A DNA stretch of 64,000 nucleotides from IMG/VR virus record IMGVR_UViG_3300018420_000012, positions 1-64,000 of that record, one strand, 5' to 3'. How positions within the stretch are numbered: the stretch's first letter is position 1; the number at the start of each line of letters is the position of its first letter. The notes under the pieces were generated by a model. It ran no database searches, was not told the origin of the DNA, and worked only from the letters and a program-made list of their open reading frames with translations. A program made the position numbers and the translations under genes. Positions 18,055 to 28,864 of this stretch are shown one piece after another. The stretch comes from a virus.

Positions 18055-20298
18055 ATGGGAAGACCTGAAGACTGCAACTGCTGCGAAGATTTTGGCAATC
18101 CGCCACTGCCACCAATTACTGATTGTGATGGTGCGATCTGCATTGCATTTATAGACGAGAACAACGACAGTAACGGTAGAGACACCGTTGATGCTAAGTT
18201 TGCTGAATGGGTAAAGGCTTTTCCCAATAGAATTCTTTTTGTGGTAGATGTATTTGTTAGTAATCCATTGAATCCAAACGGGACGCCAAAGTTATATTTT
18301 CCAGATGGCTGGGACGATCACAATAATGCTTTTAATCTTCGCGGTGAATTTATTCGTGGCCTTTCCGTTCCAGAATTTTGCAATAGAGACAATGGAGACG
18401 TTGGTCTTGCAACAGATATTTGGGCTGCACTTACTACAATTGCTGCTGATAGGGGTATCTCAGCCGAACTTGCTTCCGCAACAGATGTTTCTATCTTTGT
18501 TGACACAACAAATAGTATGCCAGATGGTACAGTTCTAGCTGCTTATAACTTACTTGTTAGCGAAGCTGAATCTGCCGGTAAGACAATAACAACTAGCACT
18601 TTCAATTCTGATGAAGATTATATCTGCCCATTTGTAAATTCTACCTGTTGTAATAATGAATTCGTAAAACCCTTACAAGATTTATGCAATGTCACCCCTA
18701 CGTGTGAACCGGCGTATCTTAAATTAACAAATAGATCATTACCTATTGGCTCAACAAATTTTCTTATTAGGGAATATATCGACTATGATCCCGACAATCC
18801 ACCAAGTGAGGAATGGTACTCAATTTATGGCGGCGTTGAAAGGGTGTATGCTCTTGAATACGCCGGTGCTGGAACAGCTTATGAAGCAAACACGACAGAC
18901 CAACGTGCGTTAGTAGCGGAAACAAACGATCAACAACTAGTAATGCTTGCCGAAGTTACTAATTCTGAAGGTACAAGTTTAGACTTTGTAGACATTAACT
19001 ATACTATAGAGTATAGCGATGACAACGGCGTGACTTGGACAGAAATAGAGAACTTGGGCAATAGGACATCTGGGCAAACCTTAACGAAAAAATTTCTTGT
19101 TGATGATTATGGTGGTAGTTCTGCATCCGCCGAAACAGTCCACACCTTGCTTGGTGATACTGTTAATAACTACACAACTACCACATGGGAAGCAAGATTT
19201 AACGCTAGAAGAATATATGATCGAGATTTTAGAATTGTAGCTTCTGCCCCAGATTATCCAGCACTAGGTTCTGTCGCGTTTGGTTTTAAATTAGAGGAAT
19301 ACAGGGTGGCTGGCAGAACTGGTGCTACTGTGCCAGACCCAGAGGTAATAACGAATTTTCTCATTGATTACCATCAACTTAATGCAATATTCCTTAATAC
19401 TTCTCTATTTCGCTGCTTCAAAGAATTAAACTTTGTAAATGGACTTCCCGTCCCCACTTTCGGGTTGCTCAATAATTATAATTATGGTAAACTTCCAGAA
19501 AATGTATATTACGGTGTTGACTACAGGGTTGGAGGACAATATATCCAAGAAGACTTCAATTTAAGTTATGAATATCGCGACAAAATTGACTTGGCGGAAA
19601 GTAGTAGTACCGGCTCTTGCTGGAGTACAGAAACAATTTATACCAACTGGATTAAATCTTTTTCGAGTCTGGGTACGGGAACATCCAATGCTAACGGTGT
19701 CGGAAGCAAAAACAACAAATACACTGTTTCATCATCTTTTGCAGAGGGCATGTCTATTAGTATGTATGATGCTTTTAGTCGGCTGCAAGTCGATGACGGT
19801 TATCCGCTTTTTGATACTGGCATTTCTTCCCTGAGAACTTGGTACAACAGTGACCTTAGTGATCCAAAGAATATTCGCGGGGAATATCAGATTAACGATT
19901 CAGTTTTCTCAACAGGTCAGCGAGAGGAACTTCTGGAGATTGCGTGCTATTATCGCAGTGATCGCGGTATCAGATACGTTAAGACTGAACCAGTTTTTAG
20001 ACTTGAAGACTTCAAGAGACTTTATTTTAAAGACGGTATATGGAATGACTGTGCACGTTGCTGGTTATATTATGACGATCAGTTAGTCCTTGATTACACA
20101 GCAGAAGGACGCTCTTTTTTACGATATTTTGGTATAGAGGTTTTACGATCAAATAGAGAATACAGATTTGTAGCGACGATTAATAATACAGACACTAAAA
20201 TTTATTCACCAGTATTTCGACCGCTGTTCCTCTGTTATGATCGGCGGTTTGGGTCTTACGCTAATCAATATATTCCGTGTGACGATATATGTTCATAA
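18055..20298 (+). CDS. Virion protein with Cys-rich N-terminus and vWA-like segment
   Basis: MGRPEDCNCC; CIAFIDE and SIFVDTTNSM (degenerate MIDAS-like). Confidence 0.55.
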   Translation: MGRPEDCNCCEDFGNPPLPPITDCDGAICIAFIDENNDSNGRDTVDAKFAEWVKAFPNRILFVVDVFVSNPLNPNGTPKLYFPDGWDDHNNAFNLRGEFIRGLSVPEFCNRDNGDVGLATDIWAALTTIAADRGISAELASATDVSIFVDTTNSMPDGTVLAAYNLLVSEAESAGKTITTSTFNSDEDYICPFVNSTCCNNEFVKPLQDLCNVTPTCEPAYLKLTNRSLPIGSTNFLIREYIDYDPDNPPSEEWYSIYGGVERVYALEYAGAGTAYEANTTDQRALVAETNDQQLVMLAEVTNSEGTSLDFVDINYTIEYSDDNGVTWTEIENLGNRTSGQTLTKKFLVDDYGGSSASAETVHTLLGDTVNNYTTTTWEARFNARRIYDRDFRIVASAPDYPALGSVAFGFKLEEYRVAGRTGATVPDPEVITNFLIDYHQLNAIFLNTSLFRCFKELNFVNGLPVPTFGLLNNYNYGKLPENVYYGVDYRVGGQYIQEDFNLSYEYRDKIDLAESSSTGSCWSTETIYTNWIKSFSSLGTGTSNANGVGSKNNKYTVSSSFAEGMSISMYDAFSRLQVDDGYPLFDTGISSLRTWYNSDLSDPKNIRGEYQINDSVFSTGQREELLEIACYYRSDRGIRYVKTEPVFRLEDFKRLYFKDGIWNDCARCWLYYDDQLVLDYTAEGRSFLRYFGIEVLRSNREYRFVATINNTDTKIYSPVFRPLFLCYDRRFGSYANQYIPCDDICS

Positions 20299-22565
20299 TA
20301 TCAGATAGAGTACGAGAAACATCATCCACTACTGGCACCGGTTCAGTTGTGTTGAATGGTGCGTATGGTGCTTTCCAAACATTCAATACTGGTATTGGAA
20401 ACGGAAATACGACTTACTATACCATTGAGAGCACTACTCAGTGGGAAGTTGGTCAGGGCGTTTACGACTCATCAACTAATTCTCTGTCGCGAGATATAGT
20501 TTTTGACAGTTCTACTGGTGGAGGAAAGATCGACCTTGATGGCGTGTCGATTGTATTCTGTACCCTTCCAGCGGGTAGAACATTTGTTGAAGACCCAGAT
20601 GGTAATGTTTTTGTTTCTGGTGTTCACGCAACGAGTGGCATATTCGAGTCGCTACAAACTCAAGATTTGACGCTAACTAATGATCTTGTTGTTAGCGGAG
20701 ATACTTATCTAAATACTCTGAGTGCTACTGGTGATTCGTTAGTTTCCAATATTGCTTCTACTGGCGAAGTTACCTCTAGCGGATTTCTAACACTAATTAG
20801 GCCAAATTCTGCTGGCAACTTTTTCCACGCATACAAAGACGACTCTATCAATCAAACAGTTTCTTTGCATGTAAACTCTAACACCTCTCCGCTTTGGAGA
20901 CTTGGATTAAAAACAAATCCAGACAGTCAAACTGATCCACCTACATTTGCTTATGTGTATGGTAGTGATGGGTCGGTTGGTCTATTAAGTAATGTCGATA
21001 ATTATATTGCTTTGGCAGATAGTCTTGGCTTTTTTGTTACCCACGACAACAACATTATATTTAGAGCCAGTTCTCAAACCGGTGTCTATATTGATGCTAA
21101 TAATTCTGCTTACCCAGCTTTTACAATTAGTGGCCCAATTCTAGGCGTAGAAGATTTACAAAGATGGGAAGACTCTGCTGGTAATATTTTATCGGTAGTA
21201 GATAGCGGTGGAAGGTTTGGTATCCTAACAGAATCGCCAGACTACGAACTGGACGTTAATGGTAGTGGTAGATTTGAGACCGCTTTCTATACTAGCGGTA
21301 TTTATTTTCAAGACGGTAGTTTTCAAAATACTGCGGTTCTTGGTAGCGTGGAGCAGATTGAGGCTGTATCTGGAATTGCCGTTTATGCATCTGGACTAGC
21401 AGATCAGAACGCACTAGATATATTGACTGTTTCTGGATTACTTGGAGGCTCCTTTGAGAATGACTTAACTGTTTCTCTTGGTGGTGGCAAAACTTTCGGT
21501 CGTTACGAAAATGGCGATGTAATACCCGCATCTGGATTAACTCCAATTGATGTGATAACTCTCGCGGTAACTGAACCAATAGCACCAACGGTTAGCCTTA
21601 CCTCATCATCTCAGGTTGATTTTAATCAAACCAGCGTGAGCGTAACCTTGAATTTCAGTCATACAATCAACTCACTAGGTGCTTCTGTATCTTCAGCGTC
21701 ACTAGAGTTTAGACGTGGGAATACTGGGTCTTGGACGGTTTTATCAACATCTACTTCTACTCCAGACTCTTATGTTCATAGCTTTACCGATACATCATTT
21801 AATACAGACGTTCTCAATTATAGATATGTTGTAACTGATAGTGTTGGTGCTACAGCTACGGCAACAAAAGATATTCAGCCAGACACTTATTCTGCTCCAA
21901 CAATTTCGTTCACAGTTGTCGCCAACTCGACTACTTCGCCTGAGACAAACTCATCTAGAGAGCGTGGCAACGTTGACTCGCAGATTAGCGGCTCTGTAAC
22001 AAGAAACGAAACCTACGTTGACCTAATTAGTTATACATTACAATACAGTGTGGACGGTGGTGCTTGGACAGATATTGGCTCTGCCGTTTCTATAGGTCCG
22101 GGTAGTGACACAATAGCTTCCACAAATCATAATCCAACGTCAGATAATACTGCGTCAAATATTAGATATAGAGTTAAGGTCATTGATGATTACACCACTA
22201 CATACTCATCTACATCTACTGTAAACTTTGGGTTCCTAATATTCTACGGTCCAGATAGTGCTGCACCAGTAACGTCTGCCGCCGTAAGAGCTTTGCCAGA
22301 TAGGTTGTTTACAGATGGCAACGACACATTCAATCTTAACACTGGGAACACCCTTATTAATTTCACGGTTGCTATTCCTAGTACAGAGACTATCTCAGAA
22401 GTTCTTGATTTGGATGCACTCAACGCTAACATCACGTCAGAATATATCAACAACCCATTCAATGTAGATGACGCTGGTGGAACATCGGTATCTTATAATG
22501 TTTATACGATGACCATCTCTATTCCTTATTCAACAAATCACAGACATCAGGTTACAAAGGGATAA
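20289..22565 (+). CDS. Fibre protein with DRVxET N-terminal anchor and C-terminal Ig/FN3-like domains
   Basis: SDRVRETSSTTGTG N-terminus; YRYVVTD and YRVKVID strands. Confidence 0.7.
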   Translation: MFIISDRVRETSSTTGTGSVVLNGAYGAFQTFNTGIGNGNTTYYTIESTTQWEVGQGVYDSSTNSLSRDIVFDSSTGGGKIDLDGVSIVFCTLPAGRTFVEDPDGNVFVSGVHATSGIFESLQTQDLTLTNDLVVSGDTYLNTLSATGDSLVSNIASTGEVTSSGFLTLIRPNSAGNFFHAYKDDSINQTVSLHVNSNTSPLWRLGLKTNPDSQTDPPTFAYVYGSDGSVGLLSNVDNYIALADSLGFFVTHDNNIIFRASSQTGVYIDANNSAYPAFTISGPILGVEDLQRWEDSAGNILSVVDSGGRFGILTESPDYELDVNGSGRFETAFYTSGIYFQDGSFQNTAVLGSVEQIEAVSGIAVYASGLADQNALDILTVSGLLGGSFENDLTVSLGGGKTFGRYENGDVIPASGLTPIDVITLAVTEPIAPTVSLTSSSQVDFNQTSVSVTLNFSHTINSLGASVSSASLEFRRGNTGSWTVLSTSTSTPDSYVHSFTDTSFNTDVLNYRYVVTDSVGATATATKDIQPDTYSAPTISFTVVANSTTSPETNSSRERGNVDSQISGSVTRNETYVDLISYTLQYSVDGGAWTDIGSAVSIGPGSDTIASTNHNPTSDNTASNIRYRVKVIDDYTTTYSSTSTVNFGFLIFYGPDSAAPVTSAAVRALPDRLFTDGNDTFNLNTGNTLINFTVAIPSTETISEVLDLDALNANITSEYINNPFNVDDAGGTSVSYNVYTMTISIPYSTNHRHQVTKG

Positions 22566-22568
22566 AGG

Positions 22569-23960
22569 ATGGCTCTGGAACTACCATTTGGTGTAAAACC
22601 CGTTAATCCTGTACCAGTTGAATTCTGGTCTGGGCCTTATAGCGGTGTGCTTACTCAAGAAGCTATCAATTCTGCAAACAGTGGAATACCAAGCGGTGTG
22701 CGTTTTGCCTCTATGGAAGTTAGTCTGCTTGTCGATGGTACTCCTGAAAAATACTGGTATAATTCTGGTATTGGTGATGAGTTTTTAGTTCCATTTAACG
22801 CATCGCTTAGTGGCTATGTAGACGCTGAGATTGACGCCGTTTCCGGCATTGCTGTTTATGCTTCTGGACACACCCTACAAACCGTTACAGATAACGGTGC
22901 GGTTACAGATAACGAAATTACTATAAATGCTAATTTCTTTGCTGTTAGCGGTGGCTTATCTGGTATTGATTTTACCCCACTCGCTGAAGCTAGTTACCCG
23001 CCCCATCAAGAAGGTCGCATCTTTTATGATGAAGATAATCACACGCTTTCGCTATACAATGACGAGTCTGCGGTTTCTCTTCAGGTTGGTCAAGAGACAC
23101 ACCTTAGAGTTAGAAATGAAAATTCATACACTCTAGCAAATGGTTCTGGACTTTATCTTGTTGGTTCTCAAGGGACTCACCCAACCGTAGATTACGCTAT
23201 TGCTAGTGGTGAAAATACTTCTCATGTGGTTGGTCTTGCTACTCACGACATTTTACCAAACTCATTTGGTTATGTAACTACATATGGTATTGTTAGAGAT
23301 GTAGATACTAGTGCTTTTGGCGATGGGGATGAGCTTTATTTATCAGCAGAACATTCTGGTGTTCTCGTTAATGTCTCACCAATATCACCAAATTATAGGT
23401 CTACTATTGGTCATGTCATCAGAAGTCACCCTTCTAACGGTTCTATATTAGTATTTAACGAAGGGAAAAAGCTGGGCGGCGGTGACGCTAAAACGCTTGG
23501 AAATATTGGCACTAGCGGTATAGCATTTTTTGAGGGTGTTACCCCAGATAATAGTGCTGGTATCCTAGCTTCTGATCCAGATTTTTACTTTGACCAATCT
23601 AATAGCAGGGTCCAGCTAGATACTGGGGGTATTAGGTTTAGTGACGGAACAATACAAACTACAGCCTCCGCAGGGGCTGGAAATAGAACATACAACAACA
23701 TATCGTCCGACTTTAGTATGTCAGACACTTCAGATGTTGTATTTATGGATACAAGCTCAGGACCAGTTAATGTTTATTTACCAACGGCAATTGGACAGGG
23801 TGGAAAGGAACTTATGATAAAGATGAAGGCTGGCAGTAATTCAGGAGTTCTTTTGGCTAGTGGTGCTCAAGCTATTGATGGAAACAGCCAATTTCCCGTG
23901 TATAATCTATATGAGAGCATTACTTTAATTTCCGACAATTCTAATTGGTTCATATCTTAG
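22569..23960 (+). CDS. Fibre/appendage protein
   Basis: TLQTVTDNGA motif; VVGLATHDI...GYVTTYG.VRDVDT cement-like domain; C-terminal ...ISDNSNWFI domain. Confidence 0.7.
   Translation: MALELPFGVKPVNPVPVEFWSGPYSGVLTQEAINSANSGIPSGVRFASMEVSLLVDGTPEKYWYNSGIGDEFLVPFNASLSGYVDAEIDAVSGIAVYASGHTLQTVTDNGAVTDNEITINANFFAVSGGLSGIDFTPLAEASYPPHQEGRIFYDEDNHTLSLYNDESAVSLQVGQETHLRVRNENSYTLANGSGLYLVGSQGTHPTVDYAIASGENTSHVVGLATHDILPNSFGYVTTYGIVRDVDTSAFGDGDELYLSAEHSGVLVNVSPISPNYRSTIGHVIRSHPSNGSILVFNEGKKLGGGDAKTLGNIGTSGIAFFEGVTPDNSAGILASDPDFYFDQSNSRVQLDTGGIRFSDGTIQTTASAGAGNRTYNNISSDFSMSDTSDVVFMDTSSGPVNVYLPTAIGQGGKELMIKMKAGSNSGVLLASGAQAIDGNSQFPVYNLYESITLISDNSNWFIS
23898..23906 (+). promoter_or_regulatory. Intragenic late-promoter motif GTGTATAAT
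   Basis: About 65 nt upstream of the 23970 start, which has an AGGAGA RBS. Confidence 0.6.
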
Positions 23961-23969
23961 GAGATATCC

Positions 23970-26465
23970 ATGTCATACAAACCAAATCTTAGAAATACAA
24001 GTGGTATTGTATTTTTTGGTGAGCAGGGTAGTCAGCCTACTTACTACTCTGACTCTAATTTTTTGATTGAGGATGGTGCTGCTGGTAATATTCAGGCACC
24101 AAACCTTAAAATTTCAGACGGCGGAAATATCGGTAGTGTCTCTGATCCAGACGCTATTGCTATCGCTGCTAACGGCAATGTTACATTATCTAAAAGTCTT
24201 AGCGTTACTGGCGATTTGACAGTAAATGGTACTACGACCACGGTTGATTCTACCGTTGTTACGATTGAAGACCCGGTTATTATCATTGGTGCTCAAGCTG
24301 GTGATAACCCCTACGGTTCCACAACTGACGACAATAAAGATCGTGGTATTTCTTTCTTCTGGAATGACGGAACTGGTCCGTCTATTGGTTTCTTTGGTCA
24401 CGACGACTCCAGAAAAGGCTTTGTTTATGTTTCTAGTGGTACTTTCGATGCAACGTCTGGAGTTATCACTGGTGATCCGGGCTGGGCTGTATTTGCTGGT
24501 GTTTCTGGTGCTTTGGCTGGAAATGCAACTACCGCCACCGACGCTACCAACGTAACTGTAACCGCTAATAATACAACTAATGAAACTGTTTACCTAGCAT
24601 TTGTTGATGGTGCTACTGGCTCACAAGGTATTGAAACAGATACCGCACTTAGCTATAATCCGTCTACGGACACTTTAACCGCTGGTACGTTTAACGGCAA
24701 TCTAACCGGAAATGTTACTGGTAATGCAGATACAGCAACTTCAGCCGCAGCTTTGACCAACGAAAGATACATTGGTGTTTCTGGTCAAGTTGTTGGCAGC
24801 GGTGCATTTGATGGAAGTGCAGATGTTGTTGTTAATACAGATTTGACTCTAGAGGCTATTAGAGATCAAACTGAGAAAGGCTCTGCTGCGGTTGCTGCCG
24901 ACTATATCTTATTGATGGACTCAGAAGATAGTGATAACCTGAAAAAGATTTCACGATCTAACCTTATTAGTGGTCTTGGTGGCTTTAGCAACTTTACCGT
25001 TAGTGACAGAGTAACCACCGGAACTGTGGACGATGGTGAGCAACTTATCTTCACTGATGGTCCAACTATCAACTTTACAATTGCAGCAGAGGGTAGTAAT
25101 CACACTGTTAGCGGTGTTGTTGTTGACAATAGTATTGATGAAAACAAGCTAACCACATCCGTTGCTGGTCTTGGTATCGCTGGTGGTAACGGCACCGCAC
25201 TTTCGTTTGCACCTAGTGAACTCACTGATACAGCAATTGCCAACGGTGACTCGCTCGTATTCATGGATGCTACTGATAGTAATGCTCCAAAGGTAGAAGC
25301 TCTTGCTGATATCGCAACCTTGTTTGCTGGTGTTGGCCTTAGTGCTTCTAATTCTGTACTTGCTGTTAATGCCGGTGTTGGTCTTGTTGCTAACGGTGAC
25401 AATATTGATGTTGACTTGAGCGAATTTAATGCAGTCGCCTTGGCTTCTGGTGACAGTTTTGCTACTCTGGATTCTGATGGATCAGCCGAACAGCGAACTA
25501 CGATCATGGACCTTGGTGCCTACCTCGCTGGTGGTACTGGTTCTAACATTGTCGTAAATGGTAGTGGTCAGTTGTTTGCACAGGCTTCTTCTTCGTTTAC
25601 TATCACTGACGGATCGACCCCTCAAGTTATTGAGGATGGCGACACAATTACATTCAGTGACAGTACACGCATTAACTTTAGCACTTCTGCCACTGACACC
25701 GTTAGTGCTGATCTTATCGCTAATACTGTTAGTGAAACCTACTTGACAACTTCGGTTGCTGGTGCTGGTCTTTCTGGTGGTAATGGTACTGCACTCGCTG
25801 TAGATATTTCTGAATTCAGTACCGTTGCAGTTGGTGCTGGTGATAGTTTCTTGGTTCTTGATAACGACGGAAGCACTGAGCAACGTGCTACAGTTGACCA
25901 GCTTGGTACTTATCTTGCTGGTGATAACATTACTAATACCGCTGGTGTTCTTAGTGTTGCTGATAGCGATATTGAAGCCGCTATCTTTACTGATGCAAAC
26001 TTCACCGATGGAACTACCGTAAACTTTACTGTTAGTGCTGGTGCCAGTGTTACTGCTGAAGTTCAAGCAATTGACACTACTCACTTTAATGCGACTGCAC
26101 TTGTTACTGAGGGAGAAGGTATTGGGTCTAACGACAATGATACCACGATTCCAACATCTGCTGCTGTTAAAGATTATGTAGATAATGTTGCGGTTAAGAC
26201 GGTTGTTACTGACAGCACAACTAGTGCTATCCTTTCTAGTGAAGATGTTTCACTAGCAGATGCAAGTGGTGGCTCTATCACTCTTACTTTGCCAACTCAT
26301 TCTTCTGGTAAGGTTGTGACCGTTAAGAAAACTGATTCTAGTGGAAACACAGTAACCGTTACTGGTGCTACTGGAAATGTTGATGGTGCATCTAACGTTA
26401 TTCTATATTCGCAGAATGAAAGCGTAACCGTTATCTCTGACGGTGCTAACTGGTTTATTATCTAA
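23970..26465 (+). CDS. Long fibre protein with internal repeats
   Basis: GDLTVNGTTTTVDST...IEDP, GNADTAT, duplicated shaft units, C-terminal ISDGANWFII domain. Confidence 0.75.
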   Translation: MSYKPNLRNTSGIVFFGEQGSQPTYYSDSNFLIEDGAAGNIQAPNLKISDGGNIGSVSDPDAIAIAANGNVTLSKSLSVTGDLTVNGTTTTVDSTVVTIEDPVIIIGAQAGDNPYGSTTDDNKDRGISFFWNDGTGPSIGFFGHDDSRKGFVYVSSGTFDATSGVITGDPGWAVFAGVSGALAGNATTATDATNVTVTANNTTNETVYLAFVDGATGSQGIETDTALSYNPSTDTLTAGTFNGNLTGNVTGNADTATSAAALTNERYIGVSGQVVGSGAFDGSADVVVNTDLTLEAIRDQTEKGSAAVAADYILLMDSEDSDNLKKISRSNLISGLGGFSNFTVSDRVTTGTVDDGEQLIFTDGPTINFTIAAEGSNHTVSGVVVDNSIDENKLTTSVAGLGIAGGNGTALSFAPSELTDTAIANGDSLVFMDATDSNAPKVEALADIATLFAGVGLSASNSVLAVNAGVGLVANGDNIDVDLSEFNAVALASGDSFATLDSDGSAEQRTTIMDLGAYLAGGTGSNIVVNGSGQLFAQASSSFTITDGSTPQVIEDGDTITFSDSTRINFSTSATDTVSADLIANTVSETYLTTSVAGAGLSGGNGTALAVDISEFSTVAVGAGDSFLVLDNDGSTEQRATVDQLGTYLAGDNITNTAGVLSVADSDIEAAIFTDANFTDGTTVNFTVSAGASVTAEVQAIDTTHFNATALVTEGEGIGSNDNDTTIPTSAAVKDYVDNVAVKTVVTDSTTSAILSSEDVSLADASGGSITLTLPTHSSGKVVTVKKTDSSGNTVTVTGATGNVDGASNVILYSQNESVTVISDGANWFII

Positions 26466-26473
26466 TAGGTATC

Positions 26474-28336
26474 TTGATGTATAGCATAACACTACAAACA
26501 ACCGATAATGTTATTACCTCTGGCGATAGAATAGGGCAGCTGCAATTCGCTGCCTCGTCTGAGTCAGATGGTAGTGCAGCCATCTCTATTGCTGGTAGTG
26601 TTTATGTTCAGGCTGAAGGAAGTTTTCAGTCTGCATCAAATGCCGCATCTATAGTCCTAGCTACAGCCGCTGCCGATGCGTCGGCGGCGGTTGGCAGGAT
26701 TAAGGTAACAGATAATGGTCATATTGTACCAATGGCCGCAGATTCTTATGATTTGGGTGATTCAACTTTAAGGTTTAAGGATGTTCATGCATCAGGAGGG
26801 GTATTCTTAGCAGACACCACTCCTGCCGTTACTACTAATAAATTATACAACGAAGGCGGCACCCTCAAGTTTAATGGCTCTGCTGTTGGCGGTGGCAGCT
26901 ATACTGCTGGTAGTGGATTGGTACTGGTTGGGGATGAGTTTAATACCGCTGGCACCGCTAGTTTTGAAAAAATATTGTTTGATAATACTGATGCTGTTCA
27001 GATCGGATTATATTCTGAAGCCGCTGCTACAGGTATTGCTATTGGGTATCAAGCTGGCTCTGGTGCATCTGACATTGGAGATAATGTATTTATTGGCAAC
27101 GGTGCCGGTGCCGAATCTTTTACAGCTCACGATGCGGTTATAATTGGTTGGCAGGCTGGTTATGATGCTCATTCAGATGGCACTGTTGCTGTTGGTCGTG
27201 AAGCCGGAAAATTTGCCTATATGCAAGACGGTGTTGCTATAGGAAATCGTGCTGGAATGAGAACTTCTTGGAGTGCAACTAATGATCTCTATAAGGTGTG
27301 TGTAGGTGCCGACGCTGGATATCTTAGTTCTAACGCTGATTATGCCGTTCACTTGGGGTATCAAGCTGGATACAGTGCTGACAGTCAATGGGGCGTTGGT
27401 ATTGGATATAGAGCACTCAAAGAATGTCACGGTGCTAGAAACTTAGAGATATTGTGTAACTCTACTTCTCCTTCTACATCCGTTATAGGTACTTCTAACA
27501 CAGACAAACTTCATATTGCAACTATTATTATTGGGGATCACGCCAGTAAATTATTAGCTATTGGAAATGTGACAAGTGCAGATATCACTCCAGACGCTAC
27601 ATTAGAAATACTTCCAAATGCTGCGACAGATGTTGGGCTTATTGTTCAAGGTGCGACTTCACAAACCGCAGATTTTGCTCAGTTCCAGAATAGTTCTGAA
27701 ACTGTACTATCACATATTGATTCTACCACTAGGACGATTTATGATGTTGATACAATTCTTTCTACGCCAAGCACAAAGGGAATTGGTCCTTATGGTAAAT
27801 CAGTTTCAATATTTAGTCAAACCGATGGATCAATAACGGCACAATTTTTTAATGACGATGTTGGCAATCATTATACAGCACTCAACGCTCCAGAACTACG
27901 ACTGTTTAATGGTACGACATATTTACAATCGCTTCGAGATGGACTTTTTGGTGCCGATGATGGTGGACTTGCTATTTATGATAGCGATGGAACTACTTCT
28001 GGTATACTTCAGTGTGGAGCAATTAAAACCCCCATCCAGTCAAATACAGACGGAGCCACTGTGACTTTTGACATGGATGTTTCTAATCTTCATACCGTAA
28101 CACTAGCTGGCAATAGAACGTTGGCCGTTTCAAATGTAGATGGTGGACAGAGATTTATTATTAGATTAGCTCAGGATAACACTGGAATCAGAACAATAAC
28201 TTGGTGGTCAAATATTAATTGGCCCGGAGGGTTAGAACCAATCCTTACCAATACACCAAACGCTGTTGACGTTTTTGGGTTTATAGCTACCGCTGGTGGC
28301 AATTATGACGGTTTTGTTATAGGATACGATTTATAA
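26474..28336 (+). CDS. Fibre protein with YadA-like beta-roll
   Basis: AIGYQAG-type repeats, YDLGDSTLRF, C-terminal VTLAGNRTL...QD.TG.RTITW...WPGG..P.L...VDVFGF domain. Confidence 0.75.
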   Translation: MMYSITLQTTDNVITSGDRIGQLQFAASSESDGSAAISIAGSVYVQAEGSFQSASNAASIVLATAAADASAAVGRIKVTDNGHIVPMAADSYDLGDSTLRFKDVHASGGVFLADTTPAVTTNKLYNEGGTLKFNGSAVGGGSYTAGSGLVLVGDEFNTAGTASFEKILFDNTDAVQIGLYSEAAATGIAIGYQAGSGASDIGDNVFIGNGAGAESFTAHDAVIIGWQAGYDAHSDGTVAVGREAGKFAYMQDGVAIGNRAGMRTSWSATNDLYKVCVGADAGYLSSNADYAVHLGYQAGYSADSQWGVGIGYRALKECHGARNLEILCNSTSPSTSVIGTSNTDKLHIATIIIGDHASKLLAIGNVTSADITPDATLEILPNAATDVGLIVQGATSQTADFAQFQNSSETVLSHIDSTTRTIYDVDTILSTPSTKGIGPYGKSVSIFSQTDGSITAQFFNDDVGNHYTALNAPELRLFNGTTYLQSLRDGLFGADDGGLAIYDSDGTTSGILQCGAIKTPIQSNTDGATVTFDMDVSNLHTVTLAGNRTLAVSNVDGGQRFIIRLAQDNTGIRTITWWSNINWPGGLEPILTNTPNAVDVFGFIATAGGNYDGFVIGYDL

Positions 28337-28863
28337 TGGCTTGGAACACTCACCCTCATCCACCACCAACTTATTATACTAACTCAGTAATGCCATCGGC
28401 TGAAATTAGACAATTAGGATTTCCATTATATCAAACCTCTGACATTGTAACGCCCGCTTCTGGACGGCCCGACATTGACGGAATATGGTATATGGATGAT
28501 TGCACCGGTTCTGGGCCGATTTATGATATTTGGATAAGTGGCTCAATGAATTCGTCTGGTATATTTCTCATAAGGCCCGGCGATAGCATTATAGCTGGTG
28601 AGGATACTGACTCCATCGAGGGAGGTGCAGTTAGTTGGTACAGATATGACGTTACACAGATATTGCAGTCTGGGTCTATTACCGATACTCAATCTAGCGG
28701 ACAATTTCGTGTAAAATATATTACTGACACATTAAGTGTTGGAGATCAAGACCCATGTTCACTATATCATACATATGTTGAAGATGGTTACGGGTATGCA
28801 CCAAGCGTACAGATAACACAAATTTATAGACAGATGAATACTAGTTTTTTATTAGGAGAATAA
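28336..28863 (+). CDS. Hypothetical virion-associated protein
   Basis: TAATG-coupled ORF in the fibre cluster. Confidence 0.6.
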   Translation: MAWNTHPHPPPTYYTNSVMPSAEIRQLGFPLYQTSDIVTPASGRPDIDGIWYMDDCTGSGPIYDIWISGSMNSSGIFLIRPGDSIIAGEDTDSIEGGAVSWYRYDVTQILQSGSITDTQSSGQFRVKYITDTLSVGDQDPCSLYHTYVEDGYGYAPSVQITQIYRQMNTSFLLGE

Positions 28864-28864
28864 C

